DNA of 64,000 nucleotides from an uncultured Candidatus Saccharibacteria bacterium. GTDB taxonomy: Bacteria > Patescibacteriota > Saccharimonadia > CAILAD01 > BJGX01. Positions 1-9,378 of this stretch are shown here, piece after piece (position 1 is the first letter of the stretch; every line of letters starts with the position of its first letter). The DNA is taken from the NCBI GenBank assembly GCA_964481235.1, contig CAYZYH010000004.1, forward strand, positions 2,124 through 66,123. The letters are read 5' to 3'. The notes beneath the pieces are model-generated. The model made no database searches. It had not been told where the DNA came from and saw only the letters and a list, made by a program, of their open reading frames with translations. The position numbers and the translations under genes were made by a program.

Positions 1-645
1 AAGGGTGAGGTGACTGCTGCTGACATTAAGACGGTATCAGGTGTAGAAGTTGCTAATCCAAATCAGGTAATTGCTAATTTAGACAATAGTAAGAGTAAGC
101 TAGAGATGGAATTGCAGATAGAAAAAGGCAGAGGTTATGTTGCGGTAGAAAGTCGTGCTAGCGAAAAGCTACCAGTTGGCATGATAGCAGTGGATGCCAT
201 ATATACTCCGATAAAAAGGGTGAGATACAATATTGAAAACACTCGTGTAGGACAAATGACCAACTTTGATAAATTAATTCTAGATGTAGAAACAGACGGA
301 ACCATGGCTCCTTCAGAGGCCGTAGCACAAGCTGCCGAGATTCTAGTAGGTCACTTCCAAGTATTGGCTGGTCATGATGTAGTAAGTGTCGGAACAGGCG
401 GTATCGTGACAGCTGCAGAAAAACAAGAAGCTGATATGGCACAAATATCTATAGATGAAGTCAATTTTAGCCCACGCACAACCAACGCATTAATGAACAA
501 CGATATTAAAACTATAAAAGAAATAATGGAGCTCAAGGCGAGTGATTTAAAGGAGCTTAAAGGTTTTGGACAAAAGGCTTATGAAGAAGTTCTTGAAAAA
601 TTAGAAGAACTAGGTGTAAATAATGTAGTAAAGGAAACGGAGTAG
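1..645 (+). CDS. rpoA: DNA-directed RNA polymerase alpha subunit, C-terminal part (5' truncated by window edge)
   Basis: Frame 1 is open from nt 1. The translation matches the rpoA dimerisation region plus linker and alpha-CTD HhH region (…ISIDEVNFSPRTTNALMNNDIKTIKEIMELKASDLKELKGFGQKAYEEV…). Followed by rplQ as in the canonical rpoA-rplQ pair. Confidence 0.85.
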   Translation, partial: KGEVTAADIKTVSGVEVANPNQVIANLDNSKSKLEMELQIEKGRGYVAVESRASEKLPVGMIAVDAIYTPIKRVRYNIENTRVGQMTNFDKLILDVETDGTMAPSEAVAQAAEILVGHFQVLAGHDVVSVGTGGIVTAAEKQEADMAQISIDEVNFSPRTTNALMNNDIKTIKEIMELKASDLKELKGFGQKAYEEVLEKLEELGVNNVVKETE

Positions 646-651
646 AATAAA

Positions 652-1194
652 ATGCATCGCCACGCATTCGCAGGACGAAAACTTTCTCGCGCAGCCGGCC
701 CTCGCCGGGCTCTTTTGCGTGGCCTTCTTGACAGCTTGATTCTGTATGAGAGAATCGAAACCACCCAAGCCAAAGCTAAAGAACTTGCCCCGTACTTTGA
801 ACGTCAAGTTACTTTGGCAAAAAAACAAACCCTTGCTGCTTATCGAATGATCCTTGCCGAAACTATTAATCCGGTTGCCGCCCAGAAGCTAAATTTTGAT
901 CTGGTAAATGGTTTTTCGTCTCGACAAGGAGGTTATACTCGTATTATCAAGACCGGCAATAGACTAGGTGATGGTGCAGCTATGGCTGTTATAGAGCTAG
1001 TACTAGATGAGAACTACACTTCTGAACAAGCAAAATCAAAAGACTCGAAAAAACCAGAAAAATCTACTAAATCTACGAATGAATCAAAAGTTAGTAAGTC
1101 TGCAAAAAAGGAAGAGACCGTAAAAACCAAGATTACGGGAGTCAAAAACCTTACTGCACAAAAGCCAAAATCGGCTAGAAGGATGGCAAAATGA
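652..1194 (+). CDS. rplQ: 50S ribosomal protein L17 with Lys-rich C-terminal extension
   Basis: MHRHAFAGRKLSRAAGPRRALLRGLLDSLILYERIETTQAKAKEL… is typical L17. About 60 extra K/S/E-rich residues at the C-terminus. Confidence 0.9.
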   Translation: MHRHAFAGRKLSRAAGPRRALLRGLLDSLILYERIETTQAKAKELAPYFERQVTLAKKQTLAAYRMILAETINPVAAQKLNFDLVNGFSSRQGGYTRIIKTGNRLGDGAAMAVIELVLDENYTSEQAKSKDSKKPEKSTKSTNESKVSKSAKKEETVKTKITGVKNLTAQKPKSARRMAK

Positions 1195-1628
1195 AAACAT
1201 ATAGCCTAAAAACTGCCAAAGCTACTCAAGATTGGTATATTATTGATGCCAAGGGTCAAACTTTAGGTAGGCTAGCTACACAAATAGCTAGATTATTAAC
1301 GGGTAAAAATAAACCCAGCTATACTCCTCATGTTGTAGGTGGCGACATAGTGGTTGTGATTAATTCAGCCAAGATAGAAGTAACTGGTCAAAAACTTACT
1401 GATAAAATATACTATCATCACACCGGATACCCAGGTGGTATACGCGAAATAAGCTTGCGCGACCAACTAGTAAAAGACCCCAATGCTGTTATTGAGCACG
1501 CTGTTGCAGGTATGTTGCCTAAGAATAAGTTACAGGCACAGATGCTCAAAAACCTTAAAGTTTACGCAACTTCTGAACATCCTCATGCCCCACAAAACCC
1601 TACATTAATTGAAATGGAGAAAAAATAG
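1191..1628 (+). CDS. rplM: 50S ribosomal protein L13
   Basis: MKTYSLKTAKATQDWYIIDAKGQTLGRLATQIARLLTGKNKPSYTPH… L13 signature. 4-nt overlap with rplQ. Confidence 0.9.
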   Translation: MKTYSLKTAKATQDWYIIDAKGQTLGRLATQIARLLTGKNKPSYTPHVVGGDIVVVINSAKIEVTGQKLTDKIYYHHTGYPGGIREISLRDQLVKDPNAVIEHAVAGMLPKNKLQAQMLKNLKVYATSEHPHAPQNPTLIEMEKK

Positions 1629-2050
1629 TGGCCGAAAGTACAACCAAGTCACCTGCAAAAAAGCAACAGTATTATCCTGGAGTCGGACGTCGCAAACGTT
1701 CAATCGCAACAATTAGACTGACTGTTGGTAAAGGTGTTATTACTGTTAACGATAAAACCCCTCAGGAATATTTTGGCACCGATACTTACGACGAAGTGCT
1801 AAGATCTCCACTTGTTCTGTTAGCAAAAGATAAGAGCGTAGATATTAACGCTCGAGTCGCTGGAGGTGGTTTGAAGGGACAAGCCGAAGCAATTAGATTG
1901 GGGATAGCCCGCGCTTTATTAGGTATGAGCGAAGATTTTAAGGTTAGTTTGCGAAGAGAAGGCTATCTTACCAGAGATGCTCGTGTAAAAGAGCGTAAAA
2001 AACCCGGTCTTAAGAAAGCTCGTAAAGCGCCTCAGTTCTCTAAGAGATAA
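1628..2050 (+). CDS. rpsI: 30S ribosomal protein S9
   Basis: GTG start. …GGGLKGQAEAIRLGIARALL… and basic C-terminal …KKARKAPQFSKR are typical S9. Canonical rplM-rpsI pair. Confidence 0.9.
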   Translation: MAESTTKSPAKKQQYYPGVGRRKRSIATIRLTVGKGVITVNDKTPQEYFGTDTYDEVLRSPLVLLAKDKSVDINARVAGGGLKGQAEAIRLGIARALLGMSEDFKVSLRREGYLTRDARVKERKKPGLKKARKAPQFSKR

Positions 2051-2055
2051 CAATC

Positions 2056-2092
2056 AAGCAAGACCATATTTTTTAAAGGGTCTTGCTCTTGT
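2056..2092 (+). terminator. Hairpin after rpsI (putative intrinsic terminator)
   Basis: Inverted repeat caagcaagacc…ggtcttgctct directly after the rpsI stop. T-tract is weak. Confidence 0.35.
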
Positions 2093-2168
2093 ATTAAAAT
2101 TATTCATATTTGTATCTAAACTAACACGCTGCTAGCTTGCACAGTAAATTCACACTATAATAGTACTT

Positions 2169-3155
2169 ATGTCACCCACAATTAAGACACTACTAAAACT
2201 ATCTGCTATTACCGTAGTAATAATCATCGTTTCTAGTGCACTACTTGGCTACTTTGAACACATAAGCGTTCAGGAAAGTTTATACAGATCAATATATATA
2301 GCCTTAACTCATCACGATAATTTTCATGCTGAGCAGTGGGGAGCTAAAATAACTACTGTAGTTCTTATAGCAGCAAGTTTATTGGTAATCGCATATTTGC
2401 TAAAGATCCTCGCAGACTATATGATGAATCTAGGAGACGGATTAAAACGAAATAAAGTGAAAGCAAAACTTGTAAATACTAAAGATCACTATGTAGTTTG
2501 CGGATTAGGTCGGGTAGGTAGCCACATAGCCGACGAGTTGGCCAACGAGAATATAAAATTTGTAGGTATAGACAGAGATGAGGAGGCAGTAAAAAAAGCT
2601 GTCGCTAAGGGCTACACGGCATTTGTTGGTGATAGTACAAAAGAAGATGTATTAAAAAAAGCAAAAGTAGAAAAAGCCCACGGTATTGTTGCTGCACTCG
2701 GTGACGACTCATGCAACCTATTTATCACACTTACTTCAAGACAACTTAACCCATCTTTGTATATTGTAGCCAGAGCAAACAGAGAAGAGAATGTTGATAG
2801 AATTGAGAAGGCTGGTGCCGATAAGGTGGCTATGCCTAACCAAATTGGCGGTTTTCATATGGCCACAATGTTAATAAGACCTGGAGTGTTAGATTTTTTT
2901 GAGGTACTTAGTAACAAATCTAGTGCAGAGTTACAAGTAGAAGAGATGGTTGTTGCCAAGGGCTCTAAGCTGGTTGGTACTCGCCTTGGACATTTTATGC
3001 AGGCTAGCAACACTGGTACAACCGTGTTGGCACTCAACAGTCATGAGGGATCGAGTAAAGTTAACCCAAGTGGTCAGGAAATACTGTATGCTGGTGATAG
3101 GCTCATTATGATGGGTACTCGCGAACAGTTAGATCAATTGGGCCGCTATATATAA
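2169..3155 (+). CDS. Membrane protein with TrkA-N/TrkA-C (RCK) domains, putative ion channel regulatory subunit-like
   Basis: Two N-terminal TM helices, then a Rossmann-type TrkA-N (VVCGLGRVGSHIADELANENIKFVGIDRDEE…) and a TrkA-C-like C-terminus. No canonical GYG filter seen. Confidence 0.6.
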   Translation: MSPTIKTLLKLSAITVVIIIVSSALLGYFEHISVQESLYRSIYIALTHHDNFHAEQWGAKITTVVLIAASLLVIAYLLKILADYMMNLGDGLKRNKVKAKLVNTKDHYVVCGLGRVGSHIADELANENIKFVGIDRDEEAVKKAVAKGYTAFVGDSTKEDVLKKAKVEKAHGIVAALGDDSCNLFITLTSRQLNPSLYIVARANREENVDRIEKAGADKVAMPNQIGGFHMATMLIRPGVLDFFEVLSNKSSAELQVEEMVVAKGSKLVGTRLGHFMQASNTGTTVLALNSHEGSSKVNPSGQEILYAGDRLIMMGTREQLDQLGRYI

Positions 3156-3164
3156 AATATTCTT

Positions 3165-4058
3165 ATGAAAGATTTTTCTTTTACTGCTCAAGAAGCGCAG
3201 GAGGGTAAGCGAGTAGATTTTGTATTGGCTGAAACTTACCCCAAGTTTAGTCGTGCTAGATGGAGAGAACAAATACAGTCGGGCAGAATAAAGGTTGATA
3301 GCAGGGCAGTAAAAGCATCAGAAAAATTGAAGAATGGTTCTCTAATAAATGGTGAATTCCCCACAATAAGTAACCAGAACTTGTTGATTAGCCCTGATTC
3401 AGTGCCAGAAATTATCTACAAAGACGAAGATGTGTTGGTTATAAATAAGCCCACTGGATTAGTAGTTTATACTACAACTAACAACCCACAACCATCAGTA
3501 GCAGGGGCTTTTAAAAGCTTAATTAACGATAGTGATCCAGTAAGACCAGGTATTGTGCATCGTTTAGATAAAGATACTTCTGGTGTAATGATTCTGGCTA
3601 GAAACGATCACGCCAAGGAATTTTTATTATCGGCTTTTAAACAGAGAAGAATTGAAAAACACTATACAGCTTTAGTGGTAGGGAGACCCAATAATGATCG
3701 CGCTAGACTGGAGTTACCAATCAAGCGTGGTATAAAAAATCCACAGAAGATGAGCATACACAGTTCTGGCAAGTCGGCAATAAGTGAGTACCAACTTATT
3801 AAGGAGTACAATGGCTATAGCTTACTAGATGTCTCAATTCTAACTGGTCGCACGCACCAAATTAGGGTACAATTTGCACATATTGGTCACCCGATTGCTG
3901 GTGACAAACAATATGGAAATAAAAAAGCTGATAGTCTATTTACGAGACAATTTCTACATGCTAGCTCAATAAGTTTAGAGCTACCATCTAGAAAACCGAA
4001 AGTTTTTAAGGCTAATCTACCTGCCGATTTAGAAAATATTTTAACTAAACTATCATGA
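3165..4058 (+). CDS. RluA-family pseudouridine synthase (RluD-like)
   Basis: S4-like N-terminus. Catalytic motif HRLDKDTSGVMILARN and a C-terminal …HQIRVQFAHIGHPIAGDKQYG. Confidence 0.8.
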   Translation: MKDFSFTAQEAQEGKRVDFVLAETYPKFSRARWREQIQSGRIKVDSRAVKASEKLKNGSLINGEFPTISNQNLLISPDSVPEIIYKDEDVLVINKPTGLVVYTTTNNPQPSVAGAFKSLINDSDPVRPGIVHRLDKDTSGVMILARNDHAKEFLLSAFKQRRIEKHYTALVVGRPNNDRARLELPIKRGIKNPQKMSIHSSGKSAISEYQLIKEYNGYSLLDVSILTGRTHQIRVQFAHIGHPIAGDKQYGNKKADSLFTRQFLHASSISLELPSRKPKVFKANLPADLENILTKLS

Positions 4059-4918
4059 GATTTGTATATACTAAAAAAACCATCCAATCTCTTAATAGTA
4101 TTGGAGCAGACCCGCAACATGCCTACCTATTACACGGGTCTAGGGGATCGGGTAAATATCTTGCTTCACTAGACTTGGCAGCCAAAATAATTGGCGATGA
4201 AAAAATAACAAGCATAGAAAACTTTGCCCATCCCAACCTCTTTGTTATTAGACCACTAGCTAACAAAAATAATATCACTATTGCTCAAATTAGAGAATTA
4301 AATGATAATATGTGGCGAACAGCTAGTGGAGAGAATGCCTACAAAGTAATAATAATAGTTGGCGCAAATAAACTAACAACAGAAGCTGCCAATGCCTTGC
4401 TAAAAAACCTAGAAGAAAGTCCTAAGAATACGGTCTTTATACTTATTACTAATATGTTATCTCAGGTATTACCAACCATCCGATCAAGATCACAGCTAGT
4501 TTTTTTTGAGCCAATACCGTTAGATCTAGCAACTGAATTTTTGAATAAGCAATTAAATATAAATAAAGAAGACACCAAAAGCTTAATGAAACTAGCCCAT
4601 GGTTCTTTAGGAAAAGCAATTGAACTAATAGATATAGAAAAAAAAGAACATACACTTAGAGTTCATAAATACGCCGAGGACTTTTTAAGCGGTAATATCA
4701 CTAAGCGATTTCTGATTGCTAAAAATATATACAATGACGATTCTATTAAAGACTTCCTCGATGAGCTCATCTATGAAATTAGAGATAAATCTACTATACT
4801 AGGTGGTGTAATGAGTCTGGAGATAATAATGAAAACTGTTGATCAGCTCCAATCAAATATTAATAACCGAACAGTCTTAGAGAACCTAGGACTGCAGCTT
4901 AATGTAGTACAGGAATAG
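4055..4918 (+). CDS. holB: DNA polymerase III delta' subunit
   Basis: AAA+ clamp-loader N-terminus (LLHGSRGSGKYLASLDLAAKI) and …TIRSRSQLVFF sensor motif. Confidence 0.7.
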   Translation: MRFVYTKKTIQSLNSIGADPQHAYLLHGSRGSGKYLASLDLAAKIIGDEKITSIENFAHPNLFVIRPLANKNNITIAQIRELNDNMWRTASGENAYKVIIIVGANKLTTEAANALLKNLEESPKNTVFILITNMLSQVLPTIRSRSQLVFFEPIPLDLATEFLNKQLNINKEDTKSLMKLAHGSLGKAIELIDIEKKEHTLRVHKYAEDFLSGNITKRFLIAKNIYNDDSIKDFLDELIYEIRDKSTILGGVMSLEIIMKTVDQLQSNINNRTVLENLGLQLNVVQE

Positions 4919-4925
4919 AACCGGT

Positions 4926-5615
4926 ATGACTTTTGAATATTTATTAATGATTTTAGTGTTTTGCGTGGTAGTTTTGGCAATAATTAATAAGCGGAGTACG
5001 GTTACAGATTATTTAATAAACAATCTATCAACCAATCTACCTAGCCAAGACGAAGCTCTCGATACATTGCTAGATGTTGCTGGTCGCTATTATGCAGAGA
5101 AAAACTATCTTGCGGCAGAAAAAGCCTACTTAAAAGTTTTGCGCGTTGATCATAAAAATAGCCTAGCCTATAGTAGACTGGGTTTTGTTTACTCAGGCCT
5201 TGGCAAAAATGAAGATGCTATTGAGTGTTTTAAAATTGTTGCAGATACCTACCCTAATGCTGCTAGTTACCACAACCTTGCAATGATGTACTTTAAGACT
5301 CGAGACTTTCCTAGCTCTGCCGAAGCATTAGAAAAGTCGTTAAGTATGGAAATGCATGTGAATAGATTGGTTAGTTTGGCCAGAATTTATAGAATAATGA
5401 ATAAGTTTGATATGCAGCTCTCAGCACTTAAAAAAGCTCACAACCTTGAACCAAATAATATAGAGATTATGCAGCTTTTAGCTGAGGCCTTTATACACGA
5501 GAAGGATGAAAAATCTGCTCAAATCTTGTTTAGACAAATATTAAAACTTGACCCTAAAAATATTCGTGCTCACTCTGCACTGAAGCCCGCTAAGCAATTG
5601 AAAAAAGTAACCTAA
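4926..5615 (+). CDS. TPR-repeat protein with N-terminal transmembrane anchor
   Basis: N-terminal hydrophobic helix followed by repeated 34-aa TPR-like units (AYSRLGFVYSGLGKNEDAIECF…, YHNLAMMYFKTRDFPSSAEAL…). Confidence 0.6.
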   Translation: MTFEYLLMILVFCVVVLAIINKRSTVTDYLINNLSTNLPSQDEALDTLLDVAGRYYAEKNYLAAEKAYLKVLRVDHKNSLAYSRLGFVYSGLGKNEDAIECFKIVADTYPNAASYHNLAMMYFKTRDFPSSAEALEKSLSMEMHVNRLVSLARIYRIMNKFDMQLSALKKAHNLEPNNIEIMQLLAEAFIHEKDEKSAQILFRQILKLDPKNIRAHSALKPAKQLKKVT

Positions 5616-5731
5616 AATGATAAACTAAAGTTTGTATTTTCTTCTTAACTGTAGTGTTTTTCTTGTCGTTTTGTTAATAAAAAAATTTTTGTTTTAACAA
5701 AATGAATGGAGAAGTAGTAGCGGTTGAATGC

Positions 5732-5808
5732 GCCGATGTAGCTCAGTTGGTTAGAGCAGCTGTTTTGTAAACAGCAGGTCGTGGGTTCGAATCCCTCCAT
5801 CGGCTCCA
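5732..5808 (+). tRNA. tRNA-Thr (anticodon UGU)
   Basis: Acceptor stem GCCGATG/CATCGGC. D-arm GCTCAGTTGGTTAGAGC. Anticodon stem GCTGT/ACAGC with loop TTTGTAA. TTCGAAT T-loop, discriminator T, encoded CCA. One T-T mismatch in the T-stem as folded by eye. Confidence 0.75.
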
Positions 5809-5809
5809 G

Positions 5810-5884
5810 GCCTCGATAGCTCAGTGGTAGAGCGCTTCCATGGTAAGGAAGAGGTCGCGAGTTCAATCCTCGCTCGAGGCTCCA
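5810..5884 (+). tRNA. tRNA-Thr (anticodon GGU)
   Basis: Acceptor GCCTCGA/TCGAGGC. Anticodon stem CTTCC/GGAAG with loop ATGGTAA. T-arm GCGAG-TTCAATC-CTCGC. Encoded CCA. Confidence 0.75.
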
Positions 5885-5900
5885 GTAACTTCATATTTTT

Positions 5901-5987
5901 GCCGGGTTAGCGAAGTGGTTAAACGCATCAGACTGTAAATCTGACGGCCTTGTGCCTTCGGGAGTTCGAATCTCTCACCCGGCACCA
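5901..5987 (+). tRNA. tRNA-Tyr (anticodon GUA), class II with long variable arm
   Basis: Acceptor GCCGGGT/ACCCGGC. Anticodon stem TCAGA/TCTGA with loop CTGTAAA. Long variable arm and GTTCGAATC T-loop. Encoded CCA. Confidence 0.8.
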
Positions 5988-6078
5988 CGTCGATTTATTG
6001 CTCGAGTTTTCGCAAAATTATTAGACAATTCTGCTACAACTTATGCAATAAATCTCCTTTTCGAATCAAAATGTTATT

Positions 6079-6339
6079 TTGATTCGGCTAATAATCAAGC
6101 AGGACAATATGGCGCACAAATTAAAAAAATCAAAATCAGAAATAAGTTTGTCAAAAAAAGATAGTAAATTTCTCGGCGTAGCCGGAGGAATAGCTGATTA
6201 TTACAAACAAGATCCAGCCTGGGTGAGAGTAGGAGCTGTGGTCTTAATTATTCTTACTGGTATTCTACCAGGTTTATTAATTTATTCGGTTTTCTATTTA
6301 CTTATGAGAAATACTAGCGAGGATAAGAAAACCAAGTGA
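6079..6339 (+). CDS. PspC-domain membrane protein
   Basis: …FLGVAGGIADYYKQDPAWVRVGAVVLIILTGILPGLLIYSVFYLLM is a PspC-domain signature. True start may be the internal Met at about 6109. Confidence 0.55.
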   Translation: MIRLIIKQDNMAHKLKKSKSEISLSKKDSKFLGVAGGIADYYKQDPAWVRVGAVVLIILTGILPGLLIYSVFYLLMRNTSEDKKTK

Positions 6340-7634
6340 AGAAGTTGAATATTTTGGTTATAGGTTCTGGTGGTAGAGAACACGCACTTGCGTGGAAACT
6401 TGCGCAATCACCACGGTTAGAGAAACTATATGTTGCACCAGGCAATGGCGGTACTACTAGTCTTGCCACCAACCTTGCTCTTGATATCACTGACCACCAA
6501 GAAGTGATGCGGGCCTGTAAAGACAATAGTATCGACTTGGTCTTGATTGGCCCAGACGATGCTTTGGCTGCTGGTCTAGCAGATGACTTACAGTCTGCTG
6601 GTATCGCAGCATTTGGGCCAAGTAAGCTAGCTGCAAGAATAGAAGCCTCTAAGTCTTTTGCCAAAGATGTGATGAAAAGTGCTGGTGTACATACGGCTAA
6701 CTATCAAGAATTCACCGACTACACAAAAGCACTTGATTATATAAATAGTATTAAACCACCAATTGTTATAAAAGCCGATGGGTTAGCACTAGGCAAAGGT
6801 GTAATAATAGCTCAAGACCACAAAGAAGCGCAAGATGCCCTCAAAAGTATGATGCAAGAAGAAGCATTTGGTGAGTCTGGTCACAAAGTAGTTATAGAAG
6901 AATACTTGAAGGGTAGCGAGATAAGCACCCACGCCTTTTGTGATGGCAAAAATTACGTGATGTTCCCAAGTTCTCAAGACCATAAACCAATAGGCGAAGG
7001 CGATACTGGCCCCAACACCGGCGGCATGGGAACTATCGCGCCGGTACCATGGATAAGTCAAATATATATAGATAAATTGGGTGAACAACTAGTTAAGCCA
7101 GTTTTAGAGAAGTTGAAGGATCGAGGCATTCAGTATAGTGGCTTGCTTTACCCGGGCTTGATGCTCTCAGACGATAATTATAATGTTATAGAGTACAATG
7201 CGCGTTTTGGTGACCCAGAAACCCAAAGCTATATGCGTCTTTTTAAAAGTGATCTACTAGAAATATTATTGGCTTGCGCCAGAGGCGATTTGACTAAGCA
7301 AAATATTGAGTGGTCTGGTGGATATGCCTGCTGCATTGTGTTGGCATCTGGTGGATACCCGGGTGGTTACAACAAAGGTGAAGTGATAAGTGGTATTGAA
7401 GAGGCTGAAAAACTAGATGATATCGTCATCTTTCATGCTGGTACCAAACAAGATAGAAAAGACTTAGTCACCAGTGGTGGTAGAGTGCTCAATGTGACAG
7501 CCACTGGCAAGACTTTAGATGAGGCACTTGGTAAGGCGTACCGGGCTGTTAAAAAGATTCACTTCAAAGGTATGCAGTACCGCACCGATATTGGTAGGCG
7601 ACCAGTGCCAAATTGGATTAAAAAGCCAAAATAA
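6336..7634 (+). CDS. purD: Phosphoribosylamine--glycine ligase
   Basis: MKKLNILVIGSGGREHALAWKLAQSPRLEKLYVAPGNGGT… plus an ATP-grasp core. Full length, about 432 aa. Confidence 0.85.
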   Translation: MKKLNILVIGSGGREHALAWKLAQSPRLEKLYVAPGNGGTTSLATNLALDITDHQEVMRACKDNSIDLVLIGPDDALAAGLADDLQSAGIAAFGPSKLAARIEASKSFAKDVMKSAGVHTANYQEFTDYTKALDYINSIKPPIVIKADGLALGKGVIIAQDHKEAQDALKSMMQEEAFGESGHKVVIEEYLKGSEISTHAFCDGKNYVMFPSSQDHKPIGEGDTGPNTGGMGTIAPVPWISQIYIDKLGEQLVKPVLEKLKDRGIQYSGLLYPGLMLSDDNYNVIEYNARFGDPETQSYMRLFKSDLLEILLACARGDLTKQNIEWSGGYACCIVLASGGYPGGYNKGEVISGIEEAEKLDDIVIFHAGTKQDRKDLVTSGGRVLNVTATGKTLDEALGKAYRAVKKIHFKGMQYRTDIGRRPVPNWIKKPK

Positions 7635-7675
7635 GCTAAAATATATCTGTGAAGTAGATATTAACTGTCTTCTTA

Positions 7676-7712
7676 CGATTGAATAAACCGAAACAAAATT
7701 GTTTATTCAATC
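7676..7712. repeat. Perfect 13-bp inverted repeat (cgattgaataaac…gtttattcaatcg) in the purD/tRNA-Trp intergenic region
   Basis: Seen directly in the sequence. 11-nt spacer, no T-tract. Possible regulatory hairpin or purD terminator. Confidence 0.4.
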
Positions 7713-7790
7713 GAGAGGAGAAAGTGGTGTTCTAACTGAAGACGAATACTCATTTAGTGTTCGTCGAAAGCCTAAGCGCACTTTTGACGA

Positions 7791-7867
7791 AGGGGTGTAG
7801 CTCAGTTGGCTAGAGCGTTGGTCTCCAAAACCAAAGGCCGCGGGTTCGACTCCTGCCACCCCTGCCA
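7791..7867 (+). tRNA. tRNA-Trp (anticodon CCA)
   Basis: Acceptor AGGGGTG/CACCCCT. D-arm GCTCAGTTGGCTAGAGC. Anticodon stem TTGGT/ACCAA with loop CTCCAAA. T-arm GCGGG-TTCGACT-CCTGC. Encoded CCA. Confidence 0.8.
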
Positions 7868-9349
7868 AATTTTTGAATCAGGCTCATTTTGAGCCTTTTT
7901 GTTTTGTTCAGATAGCTCTCTAAAGGGGTTGTTGAGCACATAAGACAACTTTTTGTTGTTTAGTTCAACGTTCGAAATCATGTAACTCAGTAACTTCTGT
8001 CTAAGCTCGTTATTCGAACATCGAAACAGTTCTTCGGCTCGCTGTGCTAAGTCCAACAGGTATGAGGCGGTGACCTGGAAGCTCTTATTGTCTTTTGTAA
8101 GTTTCTTAAGTCTATCATTCAATATCTGCTGCTTGCCCTCTAGCTCATTTGCGATTTCGTCATGAAACTGCAGAGTAATACGCCTTTCTATACGGTCGTA
8201 ATAGAGTGTCTTCATTTTATCGTTGATGGCATCATATTCTTTGCGAGCTTGCTCAATGCTCTGCGTATAAAAGAGTTGCTGGTTTTCATGTCTATCTTTT
8301 AACATCGATATTACTTTTTCAACTATCTTCTCGGGCACACGTATGTTTGAAAGCTCCTTGTAAATATCGTGTAGAAGTAATGACTCTGCCGTGTTTGGAT
8401 TGCCGCAACTATGCTGACCTGTGCCGCTGCAACGTAGATATACCTGCTTACGACCGTAGTATGACGACACAGCACGCCCACAATTACCGCACTTTACTAT
8501 CTTTTTGAACGTGAACCAATGTGAATTATGTTTTGTACGGTCGTTACTTCGCTGCTCTTTTACCTCTTGGCATTTATTAAACAGCTCTCGGCTAATAAGT
8601 GGCTCATATTTGTGAGGGTAGCTTTTGGCTGCGTGAACCATGACGCCGTAGTAAAAGGTGTTATTTATTATTCGCTCCAAGTATGACTTGCCAACGGGTT
8701 TGTTGGATTTGACGGTGCCAGTAAAGCCATCTTTTCCGAGCTGAATTGCAATTGCGTCGTATGACATTCCCGTAGAACGTAGTTCAAAGGCTTTGATAAT
8801 AAACTTTGCTCTTACAGTATCAGGCTCTAGAGTAAACGTCTTATCATCTATTCGTCTTGTAATATAACCGATTGGGGGTCTGTGCACCCATATACCATCG
8901 CTAAGCATTTGCTCAAACCGACGCTTTACATTATCACTAATCGAGTCCGAATAGTATTTGGCCAAAGCCATACCAATACCAAGCCTAAACCAGTCTGCGG
9001 CAGAGGAATGCTGGGTTATTACTAGAGCGTCATGCGGGAAGTGAAGCTCGATTTTCCCTTGCTTTACTAACAACTGAAGTGCTTTTACTTCATCTTGGCT
9101 ACTATCTCTTGTGTAGCGGTCTATTTTATCGAACACAACCCAACAAGGGGCTTTCAAGTTTGTTATGTGCTCGACTAAAGCTGCGAACTTTTGTCTTTCT
9201 TCTTTGTGGGCACTTTCATCAAATTCGTGATATTCGTAATCTAGTTTATTTTCATCGGCATAATTAACTAGCCGACGTTTCTGAGCAGGCAAAGCTTGCC
9301 GCTGTTCTTCGTCTGATACTCTCGCAATTAGTATTAGTTTAGTTTCCAT
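7802..9349 (-). CDS. Large serine recombinase (phage-integrase type). Its 3' end overlaps tRNA-Trp in antisense
   Basis: N-terminal resolvase catalytic domain (KLILIARVSDEEQRQALPAQKRRL). Central recombinase domain. Zinc-ribbon CGNCGRAVSSYYGRKQVYLRCSG…HSCGN. The last 22 codons (…WQESNPRPLVLETNALAN) are the antisense of the tRNA-Trp 3' half. Confidence 0.8.
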   Translation of the reverse strand: METKLILIARVSDEEQRQALPAQKRRLVNYADENKLDYEYHEFDESAHKEERQKFAALVEHITNLKAPCWVVFDKIDRYTRDSSQDEVKALQLLVKQGKIELHFPHDALVITQHSSAADWFRLGIGMALAKYYSDSISDNVKRRFEQMLSDGIWVHRPPIGYITRRIDDKTFTLEPDTVRAKFIIKAFELRSTGMSYDAIAIQLGKDGFTGTVKSNKPVGKSYLERIINNTFYYGVMVHAAKSYPHKYEPLISRELFNKCQEVKEQRSNDRTKHNSHWFTFKKIVKCGNCGRAVSSYYGRKQVYLRCSGTGQHSCGNPNTAESLLLHDIYKELSNIRVPEKIVEKVISMLKDRHENQQLFYTQSIEQARKEYDAINDKMKTLYYDRIERRITLQFHDEIANELEGKQQILNDRLKKLTKDNKSFQVTASYLLDLAQRAEELFRCSNNELRQKLLSYMISNVELNNKKLSYVLNNPFRELSEQNKKAQNEPDSKIWQGWQESNPRPLVLETNALAN

Positions 9350-9378
9350 ATTCTTCCTTTCTAACTTACCATTAGTTA

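Noticed and set aside
2169-3155. Calling this a potassium channel
   Set aside because: RCK/TrkA domains are clear, but no T-x-G-Y-G selectivity filter is present. Only the small protein at 24779-25117 has a true filter.
5645-6164. ORFs 5645-5866 (-) and 5952-6164 (+) from the six-frame track
   Set aside because: They lie across the three-tRNA cluster (Thr, Thr, Tyr). tRNA structure explains the sequence, and they have no RBS or coding signal.
7802-7867. Treating the recombinase/tRNA-Trp overlap as an ORF-calling artefact to be trimmed
   Set aside because: The frame stays open through 22 tRNA-antisense codons to the first stop. This is the arrangement expected when an element's int gene 3' end overlaps attP/tRNA sequence, so it is reported as a feature of the integration, not trimmed.
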